A stretch of DNA of 62,850 nt, the filler included, from Octopus bimaculoides (Eukaryota): NCBI RefSeq assembly GCF_001194135.2. It is 6 parts of 5 records of this genome, joined end to end, with 100 filler letters (N's around TTAATTAATTAA, not from the genome) between each part and the next. Parts side by side here need not be neighbours in the genome. Positions count along the whole stretch, not along the records: positions 1 to 16,183 come from NC_068990.1; positions 16,284 to 36,172 come from NC_069002.1; 4 more parts are not named here. One strand, 5' to 3'. A program made the position numbers and the translations under genes. This document shows positions 12,830 through 27,253 of this stretch, piece by piece. How positions within the stretch are numbered: position 1 is the first letter of the stretch; each line of letters begins with the position of its first letter. Under the pieces are notes generated by a model. That model made no database searches and was not told the DNA's origin. It was given only the letters and a program-made list of their open reading frames with translations.

Positions 12830-14620
12830 AAAGTGTCATTCAACTCAGAATTGGCCAGATTTAAGTTGGTATGGAGGTGGAACAGTGAGATAGGCAGAAC
12901 TATAGAAACAAAAGGACAGGCCTGGAAAGACTGGATAAATGTTGACAGTAGAGAATTATATCAGGCAGCTAAAAGGGAAACTAGACAAACAGGTTTACAT
13001 AGCAAAGGGTGGAGCAGAAAGCAGGTGGTTTGCAAATGTTCTAGTGTGAGAGTAGAGGCCTTAGATGTTCCAGATCACAAGACAAGATGCGTGGGTGAAA
13101 AGTGAGTGTGGATAGATAATGGTACACATGCACTCAGTGATACTGAAAAGAAAAAGGGTCTTAATGACAGAGACCTAACAGAGGGACCAGCCATCTTAGT
13201 TGACAACAGTATGACAAATGAAGCAATCAATGTTATGAAAACAAGGAAAGCCCCTAGTCCTTCAGGAATCATCATTAAGCTGCTTAAAATATCTAGTAGA
13301 ATAGGATACAACCTAGTCACCAATATAGTTAATCAGAAAGGTGTCACACCCAATGACTTCTATAGCAGCATTATAGTCAGCTCTTTCAAGGGTAAGGCAG
13401 ATGCCTTAAATAGAAGTAATTACAGAGGTATCAAATTAATGGACTAGGTCATGAAAGTTAAGAAGAGAGTTACAGCCCAGTTAATTAGGAACAGAATTAA
13501 ACTAGGTGAGATGCAGTTTGGTTTTGCCAGTGAGAAGTAGAACTGATACCATCTTTTTAGTAAGATAACTGCAGGAGAAGTATTTAGCTAAAAGTAAATC
13601 AGCGTACTTGGCATTAACTACTCTAGAGAAAGTGTTTGACAAAGACTTTTGTTCCCTGATCTAGTGATCATTGAGGAAACTAAGAGCAAATGAATGGTTT
13701 GTGAGAGTCATACAAGCGATGTACAGAGGTGCTGTCAGTTAGGAGTGAGTCAGCCATGAGTAAAGTAACAAATTAGAGTGCAAGTAGGAGTTAACTAGGA
13801 CTCAGTTATCGGTTCCCTTTTATTCATCATTGTTAAAGCAGAGTTGCAGGTGTGGAAACAAAGGCTGGAATCAAATGGCCTTAAAGTTAACTTAGCAAGG
13901 AACAAAGTTCTAGTAAGCAAGAAGACAGAAAATAGGTAGGACTCTTTTCTTGACAGGTAATATGTAGGAAATGTTTTAGCAAGAATCTGATATGGCGAAC
14001 CCAGTGCAGGCTAAGAACACAAAAATGGTGCAATAAACACTAAGGACATGCAGAAAATAGGTTTAAATGCTTAGGAGGCTCCCTAGAGGTAGTAGATAGT
14101 TTCTGATACCAAGGTGACCTAATTAGCAGTGGAGGCAGATGTTCTGAAAATACAGTTGCTGAAATGAGAACTGAATGGAGAAAATTCAGGTAGCTATTAA
14201 CTCTGTTAGCAACAAAAGACTCTCTTTTTCAGAGTCAAAGCAGACTGTACAATGCTTGTGTACATTGCTATATGGTAGTGAAACATGGGCCATAATGCCA
14301 GTGTGCATGTGCAACAAAGTGCAAATGTATTGAGAGAAAAATTAAGCACAAAAGAGATCAGATATAGAGCACAAGAGAGAAGAGTGCACTGGTTTGGTCA
14401 TGTGATGCATATGGATGAGGATAATTGTATAAAGAAGTGCTAATCACTTAAAGTGGTGGAACAGGGAGACCCAGGAAGATGTAGGATAAAGTATTGAAAG
14501 ATGATCTCAGAATGTTGACCCTCACAGAGAAGAAGGTAGGATCAAGATGAATGGCAATTCATTGTGCTGAAAAAGACCCATCTATCATACCTAAAGTGAG
14601 GACCTAAAGGCATCTTTATG
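12830..14620 (+). mobile_element. Decayed RTE LINE (RT region to 3' end)
   Basis: KTRKAPSPSGI, NDFYSSIIVSSFKGKADALNRSNYRGIKL, MQFGF, LYGSETWA remnants. Confidence 0.9.
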
Positions 14621-14659
14621 ACTACATACTGGGCCCTACACCAAATCTGCCTTCATCAA

Positions 14660-15655
14660 GTATTCTTCCCACATCTCATCTTCCTAAAATCCATCTCTCT
14701 ATTACTCTTCTAACTATGGTACTGTTTAGCTACTGTAATCCTTTGGGAGCAGAATTGGCATACATATCATACCCTCTTTTGTACTTTCTTCTTTCTTCCC
14801 TGGAACCATCCTTTTAAAGTCTATCCTTCATTTTCATTATCATCTCTTTTCCCACTGATCATCCCTTTTCTGTGCCTTCAGTTTTTTCTCCCACCCCTCT
14901 TAGCTACATCTTAGGTCCACCATACCTCATCATCAATGCTCTACCACCTATGTCACCCCACTCACTATAATCACTTTTATGTAGCTCTGATATCCATCTT
15001 TGTCATTCTACATTTCCCTTCCCCTCCACTCTCACACCCTGAAGATTATCTCCTAAGTTTCCAATCTATACACAGATTTATGATACTGTTGCTCTCCACT
15101 CCCCACTTCCTGAGCCACTACTATCTCTTGCACCTCTACCTTGTTCATCACTTACTACATACACCTGTAGCTCCATGTCTAACAATCTGTTACTCTCTTC
15201 TCAAATTACTTGTCTTTTCCTTCCTTCTTGATCCACTGTCTATATTCCCTCTTATATTCACTCACTTTCTTGTACTTTGAGAGCACTCTCACCCATTCTC
15301 CTATAATGCAGAGTAGCCATGTATCTATAGCAAGGCATTTGTGCTTGTCTCTCTATCACACTTCATCCTTAAACACCTGGCATAAAACCATCTTCTCCTT
15401 TCTCAAATACACTCTCAAATGGGCTTTTCCTTTCCATTCTTTGTCTAGCAAGTAACATGGCAATCACACTAGTGTTAGTGTCATTAAAAAAGCACCAAGT
15501 ATGTACAGTAAAATGGTTGACATTAAAAAAACATCCAACCATAGAAATCATGCCAAAGCTGACATTGGTGTTTGATGCAGCCCTGTAGTTCATCATATTC
15601 TGTCAAACTATCCAACCCATGCCTGCATGGAACATGGACATTAAATGATGATAAT
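14660..15655 (+). mobile_element. Polypyrimidine-rich body followed by an RTE-type tail
   Basis: C/T-rich 14660-15440, tail ending catggacattaaatgatgataat. Confidence 0.55.
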
Positions 15656-16183
15656 GGAGCTGCTACTGCTGCTAAATCTCTGTGTAGGAATGCCATTAGA
15701 TTGTTGATCATGTTTTACCTCACAATTTGGTCACTAATAGCAGGGTACCTAATATTCTTTTACAAAACAGCAACATATTTTTATTGTTAACTAGCAGAGT
15801 TGCCCGTGTTACATGCAATTGAAAAATGAGACTTTTCTGTTATATTTTCTGTAAGGAACTGGAATACATATGATTCGAATTTCATCAAAATTGCACATGA
15901 GGGTTCTTTCCCTCTTTACACACCCTAAAAAAATTCTAATCATGAGACATGTATCCCATACTATTGATCTTTATGCGCATATTCCAAAATTTCAGTCTTC
16001 TGGAACCTGTAAAAAAGATTTTGCTCCTGCAAAATGGAGCTCATGGAGCTCTAAAATGTGGGAATGAAGGCCCCTATTGGGGGTGGGGGTGTTAATGTCA
16101 ACCAGAGAAGTTGAATTGTTGGGAATGTTTTTACTTGGGTCTTATAGTATGCCTGTATATATGTGAGAGTATAGTCTCACTTT

Positions 16184-16283
16184 NNNNNNNNNNNNNNNNN
16201 NNNNNNNNNNNNNNNNNNNNNNNNNNNTTAATTAATTAANNNNNNNNNNNNNNNNNNNNNNNNNNNNNNNNNNNNNNNNNNNN
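16184..16283. other. Artificial scaffold spacer (44N-TTAATTAATTAA-44N)
   Basis: Exactly 100 bp with stops in all six frames; same layout five times. Confidence 0.97.
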
Positions 16284-16377
16284 GGCTCAGTCCCACTGTG
16301 TGGTAACCTGGGGCGAGTGTCTTCTTATGTAACACCAACCTAAGCCTTTGGTGGACGGAAACTGAAAGAAGCCTACT

Positions 16378-17105
16378 ATCATCATCCTTTAACGTCCATT
16401 GTCCATGCTGGTATGGGTTGGACATTTCGATCAGAACTGACAAGCTGGAAAGCTGCGTCACATTCCAGTCTGCTTTGGCATGGGTTCTAAGGCTGGATGC
16501 CCTTCCTAACACCAACCACTTGACATTGTGTGCTGAGTGCTTTTAATATAGCACAAGCAGTCTTATGTGGCATTGGCACAAGTGCTTTTTATGTGGCACT
16601 GGCACATGGCTCTTGCAGGCCAATCCTCTTCACCAAGGCGCCTTAACATTTCTGCTGTGGAGTATGGGTCTTGTTGAGTACAGCAAGGCACCGGGTATCT
16701 TGGTCCTTTATCATCTTGTCTGAAAGGTTCAAGCCTTCTGAGGTCGTGCTTTATAGTGAACATATACCCTCAGATTAAAAGTCTGATGCTCTACTAACAG
16801 AGCTATGCAGGTAATCTCACCTGTGTGTGTGTATCATCATTGTTTAACATCTGCTTTCCATGCTGGCATGGGTTGGACAGTTTGACTGAGGACTGGCAAG
16901 CCAGGAGGCTACACCAGGCTCCAATCTGACCTGGTAAGGTTTCTACAGCTGGATGCCCTTCCTAACACTAACCACTGAGTGGGCGCTTTTTACGTGTCAC
17001 TGGCACAGAAGCCAGTCAGGTGGCACTGGCATCAGCCATGCTTGAATGGTGTTTTTTACATGCCACCAGCACAGGAGCCAGTCAGGCAGCACTGGCATTG
17101 GTCAG
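16378..17105 (-). mobile_element. Two adjacent RTE 3'-end/tail copies (16378-16770, 16832-17105)
   Basis: catcatc...ttccatgctggcatgggttggac...ggatgcccttcctaac hallmark sequence. Confidence 0.85.
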
Positions 17106-17328
17106 GCTCAAATATATTTATATTTGTGCATGTGTATGTCTGTCCACCTGACAACCTTACCAGTTCAACCAAAGTACCAGACTTCAAACAAATAAGCACA
17201 GGGATAAATTTGTTTGTCTAAAATCCTTCAAGGCAGTAGTGCCCCAACATAACCATAGCCCAATGACTTTAACAAGTAAAAGATAAACACACCATTTATT
17301 TGGCTAAGATAAAACTACCATTACATAC

Positions 17329-17500
17329 CTTTTATTTCTTCAATGACAGCACTACCTTTCTCAGCAAACCGCACCAGATTGCTTGGTCTTGTGACAGCAA
17401 TAGAACGTGCAGTGACAACCAAACGTTGAAAAGCTTCTACATCCATGTCTTGGGAACCTTGAAGAAGGCTGTGCATTACGTGACTTAATTGGGCATGATC
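17329..17500 (-). CDS. UBR4: UBR4 exon (DHAQLSHV...[36 protein letters not shown]), 172 nt, phase 0-1
   Basis: aattag acceptor; GTATGT donor preferred, with an in-frame weaker GTAGTG donor 27 nt earlier (exon end 17356). Confidence 0.9.
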
Positions 17501-18008
17501 CTAATTAACGAAGAGAAGAGAAAATCATCACATGGACATTCAGTTTCTCAGGTTCATGGAAAGATGCCTAATTAATTAATTAAAAGCAAAATCAAAATTT
17601 CTACTCACTTTGTGATTGTGATATGCAGCCTTTGTTGGGAATAGAGATGCCAGCAAACTTTTTGTCTGCTGTTGGACACTGTTTGGGGTCGGTAAAGTAA
17701 GTAGACTGGTTGCAATTTCAAGAGCAGCTTGATGATGTGGCAACTGTAAATGAAATAATTGTCTGAAACATTTTTTTCTTCCATCAAAACTTTTTTTTTT
17801 TTAAATTGTAAAATTTTATAAAAGAACATGTTAAAGAATAATTTTAAGTGAATACCAATAGTGACATTTCTTTTTTTGTTTCTTTTTTCTGTTAAAAAGC
17901 ATTATGTAACAGCCAAGTGTTAACAAGATTAAATATTATAAAACAAGCATTTAAAAATGTGTGTGTATTTGTATATAGATAGATACACACACACACAGGC
18001 ACGCACGT

Positions 18009-18043
<35 letters not shown>

Positions 18044-21000
18044 TGAACAAAATAACATTACTTTCACAGGTGCTGGGGGACTGCTTCCATGAAATTTGTC
18101 TTCGGCATTGAGATAGGTGGAAAAGGATCCATCAAGTACTTCCAAAGCTCCTGCAAGTAATCTGAAACAAAGATTGGAACAAATCATTGTGAGTCTCTTT
18201 GGTACACAGAAGTGTATTTACATGCTTAAAGAATATTTAGTCTTGTATAGCCTGAAACCATTTCTTTTTGGCAATGAGTTGTAACTAGAAGATGTTAGCA
18301 GGTAAGATGTAACACATGGTGATTTCTCCTACATGTTTTGGCTATTTTTTTCTTCCTTCAAAATCTTATTTTTCTTTATTTCTAAGCATTCTACATTTTC
18401 CAATAAACTTCAGAATTAATAACAGCAACTCGGAACCTGAATAATTTTTGAATGCATCAAATAAAAAATGCAACATGCCTAACACATGGTGGACTTAGAA
18501 TTAAATGTTTAAATTTCCGATAGTGTAAGCAAGTCAGTGGTAGTGAAAGAAATGACTTTTCAGGAAGATAATAAGATGAATATTTAAAATAGTTTTCAAT
18601 CAAAATTTTTTGAAAAAAATCAGCCTCGATCATTCATCTGCAAAACTGAGGTCAGAGTTGAATTTCACGAATTCTTATAACGATAATCATCGTTATCATG
18701 TTACTTGTTTTTCATGCTGGCATGGGTTGAACAGTTTGACAGGAGTTGGTAAGCCAGAGAGCTGCACCAGACTCCAATTATCTGCTTTGACATGATTTCT
18801 ACAGCTGGATGCCCTTCCTAATGCCAGTCACTCTACAGAGTGTACCAGGTGCTTTTTACGTGGCACCAGCACCTTTTGTGTGACACCAGCACAGGTACTG
18901 GTCAATCCAGTTTTTAACAATACAAAGTTTTGTGATGCTTGAAGAATTTAGCTGTTACAAAGTATAGCATACCTGTCTGTTGAAGTGAGAGGAATAGTAG
19001 TCAAAGGTACTGCATCAGATTCGGTGACATTATTAACTGGACCAGCTCCATTAATTGGTGGCTTGTTAGTAGTTGTTTCAGGATATTCATCAGGTTCCTC
19101 TGGCCAACCAAATGACTCTTTTGATCTCACATACACTTTTATTGAATCAACAACTGTCACACCAGCTGGGTCAGAGCTAGTTCCAACTAGAACAGAAAAG
19201 CAATGGTTATTAAAGAAAATTCCAATGTGCCATAATCACATGCACATACACACAAGCCCATAAATTTATATATGCGTACACATAGATACAAATAAGCAAA
19301 TTTGATATACACAGAAATATTGGTTTCAAATTTTGATACAAGGCCTGCAAGCTTGGAGGAAGTGGTAGGGTATACTGACTAAATTGACCCCAGTGTTCAA
19401 CTGCTACATATTTTATTGATCCCAAAGGGATGAAAGGCAAATTTGAAGTCAGAATGTGAAGACAGATGAAATGCTGTTAAGCATATCGCCCAGTGTGCTA
19501 ACAATTCTGCCAGCTCACTGCCACCTTAAATATTAACACTGAGACTTAGTAAGTCCCAATTAATCTCAAAGTAAATAACACACTAGACAAAGAAAATACC
19601 TTCTCATCACAGAACGTCTTAAGAAGCGAAAACATAGCCATCACTCACCAGGACTTAGTAGCATGCCAATGGTGATGGAGAATGTTAAAACAACTCCCTT
19701 TTTTATTACCCACTCAACAGGGACTGATTTAAGTGTATACCATGGGCTCTTCCCAAAAGCATTAGCAAAAACAATACTTTTTCTTCTTGACATCGGTAAA
19801 GCTTCGACCAAATCTTAGTAAAGTTTATAAGAAATATTCATCTTCTAAGATTTCTGCTACAGCATTCCATTGCTGTGCATCAAAAGGGATCACTAACTTC
19901 AATCTTATCCTCTCTAATGTACCTTAGCAATCAAACACAGTTTGTCCATTTTAATTAATGATCCACTTGCTGTTATCACTAACCCTCTTTCATTCCTTCT
20001 TCCTCTGTGACCTAGAAACCAAGTAAACAGCAAAAGTACCAATAACATAACTTAGACAAAGTTTAATCTATAATTGTTGCTGGAAGCTACAGAAACCTGA
20101 ATCAAACTCAAGTTATTAGAAATATTTCTAATAATACTATTCCTGCTTTAAATGTGCTAAATTTTGCTTTTGGTCTCAGAATATACACAGCATTTTCCCT
20201 TTGTTGGGGCTTCGAGACACGCAAAACGAAATCTAATTTGAATATGATTTAAATGTGAAACAAAAGAAATATAATATATTCTTACCAAATAGGTTGAATT
20301 TTTTATCAGCCATCAACGATTCTTCTCTGGTGAAAGGCAAGTCATGCCAACGAACTCTTGATACACTCACCTTTAAGAAGTAAAAAGAAACAAAAACTTA
20401 GATTTAGCAGATTAAAAATAATCTTTAGAATTAATTAAAGTATACACTAAGCAGTGTTGCATGAAATATAGTCATGTACAGTCGTATTTAACATGTTTGT
20501 GTTCGTTTGGACAAGGGAACACAATACCCTGTATAATCATTCCATGTCCAAATGTACACAAATATCTTAAATAAAACTACAAAACCATAAACCTTTAGAA
20601 TGCTAAGCTGAGTGTGCATAATTACATTTTATAACCAATTTTACAATTTGATATACTCAAGTAATATCGTAGAGTTACTTATTAAGCACAGACAACCAAC
20701 AATTTGTAGAAACATTGTTATGAAATATTCTGGGGTTAGCATGCATTCCATAGAAACATCTAATACACAAGACATGCTTCAGACCAAATAAAATAAACAA
20801 GATAACTGATTCCACCTTTTTTTCTTTTATTTGTTTCCGCCATTAGACTGTGGCCATGCTGGGGCACCACCTTGAAGAATTTTAGTCAAACAAATTGACC
20901 CCAGTACTTTTTTTTTTTTAATTAAGCCTGGTACTTATTTTATTGGTCTCTTTTGTCAAACTGCTAAGTGACTGGGACATAAATGTAGACACAAAAACAC

Positions 21001-24000
21001 ACACACATATAAGACAGGCTTCTTTCAGTTTCCGTCCATCAAATCCACTCACAAGGCTTTGGTTGGCCCAAGGCTACATAGCAGAAGACACTTAACCTGG
21101 AACCATGTGGATGGGAAACAAGCTTTTTACTACACAGCCATGCTTGTGCCAAACTATATTATTTTGAAGTCATCATCATCATCACTTAACGTCTGTTTCC
21201 CATGGTGGCATGGATTGGACAGTTTGACTGAGGTCTGGAAAGCCAGCAGCTGCACCAGGCTTCAATCTGATCTGGCAACGTTTCTACAGGTGCATGCCTT
21301 TTCTAACGCCAACATTAATAGTTAAGGTGCAGGCATAACCATGTTGTTAGGTACAACATGCTTCCAGGATTGATACCAACTTGCAACACCTTAGAAAAGA
21401 GTCATCTGCTACAGTAATCAAGGGTGTATGAGTACGAGTGAGAGAAAGTAGTATATATATGATGCCCAATGTGCTCAAAAGCATGGAAGGAAGTGAACTG
21501 AACCATGAGCTGTACAAGTGGATGCTACATTAACCCAAGGTTTTCGATATTGAGAAAGAGCTATGCACACATCAGATCAACTCTCTTATTCATAAATAAA
21601 ATGCCCAGTGGCAAGATGGAGTCAAGACAAAACTTGTTCTGGCATATTTAAAATTTTTTAATATTTTTCATATGCCTTGAGTAGTAATTCTATCTATTAT
21701 GAAGGCTGGCAAGATGGAAGCAGCCGAAATGTTGAATACACATAAAAAGAGAAGTGTTTCAGAATTAAAATATCAGTTTATCGCAAGCAGTGACCATTGA
21801 AAGTACGCCTGATGGAAGTGTGGACAGGTAAAACATTGTGCACAGCATGCATAGTCGCAGGCATGGCCACGTAGTTAAGCAGCTTACTTTGTAACCAGTT
21901 GGCTTTGGGTTCAGTCCCACCTTGGGCAAATATCTTCTACTATAGCTCCAGGCTGTAGTAGAATCCTTGAGCAGATTTGGTAGGTGGAAATTGTAATGGA
22001 AGCCCACTGTATAGTGTGGGTCTTTGTTTCTGACAGCCTACCCAACCCACCCGACAACTGGTGTTAGTTTGTTTACGCCCCCATGATATAGCAGCTTTGT
22101 AACAGAAACTGACAGATTAATATCAGACTTTAAAAAAGAAAAAAAAAAAAAAGAAAAAATCATCTTCAGTAAATTTAAGACAGNNNNNNNNNNNNNNNNN
22201 NNNNNNNNNNNNNNNNNNNNNNNNNNNNNNNNNNNNNNNNNNNNNNNNNNNNNNNNNNNNNNNNNNNNNNNNNNNNNNNNNNNNNNNNNNNNNNNNNNNN
22301 NNNNNNNNNNNNNNNNNNNNNNNNNNNNNNNNNNNNNNNNNNNNNNNNNNNNNNNNNNNNNNNNNNNNNNNNNNNNNNNNNNNNNNNNNNNNNNNNNNNN
22401 NNNNNNNNNNNNNNNNNNNNNNNNNNNNNNNNNNNNNNNNNNNNNNNNNNNNNNNNNNNNNNNNNNNNNNNNNNNNNNNNNNNNNNNNNNNNNNNNNNNN
22501 NNNNNNNNNNNNNNNNNNNNNNNNNNNNNNNNNNNNNNNNNNNNNNNNNNNNNNNNNNNNNNNNNNNNNNNNNNNNNNNNNNNNNNNNNNNNNNNNNNNN
22601 NNNNNNATATATATATATATATATATATATAAATATAAAAAATCAATAGAAAAATAACAGCAGACTTTGTCCCTTACTTGCACTGTTCTGCCAAATACTT
22701 CCAAGTAGGAAGGAGCTCTTTCAACACTCATATTGCCTACAGATACTCGCACACCAACCATCACGTTGTTGCTGTTTGTATTAGTAATCTCAATGGTAAA
22801 ACCTCCAGGCTTCAAAAAAGAAAAAAAAAAAAAAGAAAAAATCATCTTCAGTAAATTTAAGACAGCATTTCAGTATTTATGTATACGTATGTACATGTGC
22901 ATGTGCATATACGCGTATATGTGTGTATGTCTATATATGTGTGTGTTCGTGTTGTATCCCCACTTCTACACAACAAACAGTATCAGATTAAAATAGCCAT
23001 TTATGTATCATACTTAATATAAATACACCGTTGAAAGGCAAGTTTACAGAGTATTCATCCAGAAATGGTATCTCCTATGGATGCACTGTTTAAAAAAAAC
23101 AAAAACAATGTGTATATATCAAGGAGATAGAACTTTTCTCAGCAGCAGCAAATGAGAATGTTCAATGCATTTCTGCATCATTAGGTGTGATCAATAACAT
23201 ATCCTCACAGCCAGAATGCTTCAACAAAATCCATTACTACAGATATATATGAACACTGTGAAAAACAATGGTGTTGCATGTAGCTTTCCAGCTGAGTAAA
23301 AATCCATTATATGCAACAAAAGCAGTATTAGATAAAAAATAGCCATTTATATATCAAAATAGCCATTTATGTATCATACTCAATGTAAACACATTAGGAT
23401 ATGCAAAATTTAAAGGTATTCATTCATCTTGAGATAATATTTCCTATGGACATGCTACTTTGCATGGAAACAGGTGAGAGTTGCTGACTGGAAGGGGATC
23501 CAGTTGTAGAAAATTTACCTCAATAAATTCTGTCTGATCCATGCAAACATGGAAAAGCAGGCGTTAAATACTGATCATGATTGATCATTCCAGAACAACT
23601 TGAAAAATTAATTAGGAAGTAGAATATAATTGTTAAATATCAGAGTTTAAAATTTAAACATGAAAATGAAAACAAAACTAAAAATCTAGATGATGTGTCT
23701 TAATGACAGGAGCAACAAGTATGTTAAATAGTTTTGTTGTTTTTGTTTTTACCTTTGTGCTGACAATATACATTCCACCAGTAATCAAGCGATGTTTTAC
23801 TTGTGCAACATTATAAACCTGCAGGATATCATTTCCACCAAACTGAAAAAAAAGAAGATAAAAATTTCTAACATAACAATTGCTGTGATTTCCTTATTAA
23901 AATTTAAGAAGGAAAAAAAATACCTTTGGATATACGGAACCAATGTGCCTCAAATAATTCTTTTCCAGTGTTCAACAAGTTTTAATACAATCTTGTGGCT

Positions 24001-27000
24001 TAGTTGGTTAGGGTAGTCATTCAGCTGAAGAATGTAAGGTTGTGAGTTCGATTCCTGGTGGAGTGTTCTGCCTTTGAGCAAGACATTCTATTCCACATTG
24101 CTTCAGTTCACGCAGCTGGCAAAAACGAGTTGTGGGTGTACCTGTGATTCAAAGGGCCAGCTTTGTCACATTCTGTCATGCTGAATCTGCCTAAGAGCTA
24201 TGTTCAAAGTATGCCTGTCTGTGGAGTGCTCAGCCACTTGCATGTAAATTTGTTTATTTCACAAGCAGGCTGTTCTGCTGAATGGATCAACAGGAGCCAT
24301 GGTCATTGTAACCAACGGAGTGCCAGTGTGTGGTTTATTATCAAAAGTATTTAGGCAAGGTAGCAAATTGGCCTGAGTTGTTAGTGCAATGGAAATAATG
24401 CTTCATGGTATTTGCTGCCGTTTTCTGTGTCCTGAGATCAAATCCTGCCATGGTCAACTTTGCCTTTCATTGATTTAGAGTTGATATAAAAAAACGCTAA
24501 CCCAAAGTGGATTGAAGTTGGATTGGATACCATGTGGTATTTGTTGTGGCTGACTGCCTCCCGAATCAAATTCCACAAAGGTGCCTATAAAAAGCAGCTT
24601 TGCCAACCTGCAGATCAAGCATAATGAGAAGAGCAAATCTTCAAAAGAAAGACCAGCACCAAATAAGATGGTGCTGGACAGAGCGGAGAGAGAGGAAGGG
24701 TCCTTCAGCTGGAGAGAGATGTGTCTTGGTGAATGATTTTAGAGAAATTCAGCAAATACATGCACGCAGAGGCACTTAACAGGAGCTTCAAGCAATTACA
24801 GGTTGTTCATGTTCAACTATAATCCACTCAAAGGAAGGGTAAATCTTAATTCATGCTTTTACAAAACACTTCTGGAGTTAAACCACAACATTAAACTTAG
24901 GGATAGATTCCTTAAACAAAATGCAAAAGTCATCCTCACAGTGACAAATTGCATAGGCATTCAATCTTAAGTGAGATTAACTAGTAAATATGCAGTCTTC
25001 AAATAATACCTCACCTATGATTTATCATTTAAGTCTGTTCTGGTTAGATTTCACATAACCCTAATAAATCAGTCAATAAATTGTTACATCCCACTAATTG
25101 AAAGTTGGTGCTCATATTAATCCACACAAGTTCTATCTTCAGCTGATATAACCTCCAGCCTTCATCAAGTGTCTTGGGGAAATTTCGAACCTGGGTTCTC
25201 ATTCCTAAGGTATTTTTTGATATTATTATTCTTATTATGCCCATAAGCATACGGCATAGTAGTTAAGAGCACGGGCTACTAACCCCAAGATTCCAAGTTT
25301 GATTCCAGGCAGTGACCTGAATAATAACATCGAAAAATACCTTAGGAACAAAAAACCAGTTTCGAAATTTCCCCAAGGCACTTGATGAAGGCTGGAGAGT
25401 ATATCAGCTGAAACGTGTTAACAACAAACAAAATGAGGACGAATATCAAAGTAATGTAAATAATGTACATAATTCCTCATCCCTCAAATATAGAACCGTA
25501 AAACAAACCTATTTACAAAACCATCTCAAAAGGGACCTGGCTCCAACAGTTGCATTCAAAGGTATTTGAGAGAGCATGCAAGAAGAAAAAAACTAAAAGA
25601 AAAAACAGGCTTTCCAGTAGATAAATGAAGGACAGAGCCTGTACTTTTGACAAATATAACAAATACAAACCTCTATATCGTTTGTTGACTGACAGTGTTC
25701 AAAGAAATCAATGGGAAAATTCACAGATCCTGATGGCCGGCCTAAAAAATAAAAAGAAAAAAAAAAGAAATCAGGAATTAAATAATTGTCTAAACTCCCG
25801 TTTTCTGATTATTTCAACAACAACAACAACAAAAAAAAGCACTTCAACTGTTACAGTTTGCAAACAAAAGTAGAAAAAGAATACCCCATACATAATGAAG
25901 AGAATATTTTTGACTTAAACTACTTTTGACTAATGTCTCATACAAATGGGTCTTTCAAGTGATTTTTTTTTTTCCTCCACCCCCACCCCCCATTTCAACC
26001 TGGTTTGATATACATTCAAGTAAGCTAATCCTTCCTCATACGGTTATCATTTCTATCGCTACTTTCTGAACATTATTTTATGGTAGTATCTTAACTGAGT
26101 TTTGATTTCATTGGTCAATTCATTTCTATGACACCCTTCAAAACCATGTTCTCCTTCCAAAGCCTACAGAAGTGTTTTACCGAGTATTCACACAGGCCAG
26201 AGTGACTGCCTTCAATGTCTTCCATGAAGCTGCTAAACTGGAGGTGGTTGTTAAAGTTCTTTGCCTTCATGTGTCTCACCCAAGATCATCTCTTTCATCA
26301 CTGTTAGAAGAACATTGTCCAGATAACTCCCTTGGTTTAATCTCTTGCAAGCTACAATCATACCTTGATTGTATATTTTACCCTCATTACTAACAACTTA
26401 GTGGTCACATGGGTGGACAGATGCATTATCGAAAATCATAAATGTTTTCTCTGCATAATGTGTAAATACCATAATGTCTTCCTGGTATTTACACACTGCA
26501 AGAATGAAATGCAAAAATTAATTAACTCATTTGCATTTAAACTGGCTATATGTGACCCAAATAGTCTACCTGTTTTATGTCCAAACCAACCAGATTCAGT
26601 CTCTCACACCTAATTTACAATACCATACTAAAAATACACAACCACATCATTGAAATCTCAGAGCTACAAGATAACCACTTTGAAATGCTTGCATTCCACA
26701 ACCTGGGAAGGTGGTGTTGTGAGCTCATTATGGTGTATTTACACCATTTGTCTATAGCAAGAAAGGTTCCCCGTGACAAAACAGTGAATGGCTGTCTTCC
26801 AGGTTCAGATATGTCCCAACCATATTTGAACTGGTAATAAAAATGTATTTATACACACCATTGCTAAGCGCTGCCACCCTGTAAGGTACGATTAATTCAA
26901 AACAATGTGAGTAAATAAGCATTACATTTGACAGAGTAATCTGAATCTTAAAGAGTTAAAGACATTTATGCTAAGCCACAATTTCTTGACATGGTAATAA

Positions 27001-27220
27001 TACACTGGTAGCTGGTATTTTGTCTATTAAAACTTGTGGACAAGCTGACCTCCCTACTATGGTCCATGATCCCTGACTGACCCATAGGAATGACAATAAA
27101 TCAGGCTAATCAATTAAAATAAATATTAAATTGATAATAATGTCCAAATGAAATTCATTGTAAAACAAAATTTTACAAAAGTTCTTTGTTCAATAATAAT
27201 AATAATAATAATACTACTAC

Positions 27221-27253
<33 letters not shown>

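Noticed and set aside
15718-15748. 30-nt microexon candidate (YPAISDQIV)
   Set aside because: Too short to support, its phase does not fit UBR4, and it is on a different scaffold.
17572-17583. TTAATTAATTAA inside a 108-bp UBR4 intron
   Set aside because: No flanking Ns and the exons on both sides splice in phase; a natural AT-rich match, not a spacer.
22128-22183. Second copy of the UBR4 acceptor tract (22810-22865), suggesting an alternative exon
   Set aside because: It sits at a contig end next to a gap and is fused to the A-rich part of a SINE; likely mis-extension, and the would-be exon is SINE sequence.
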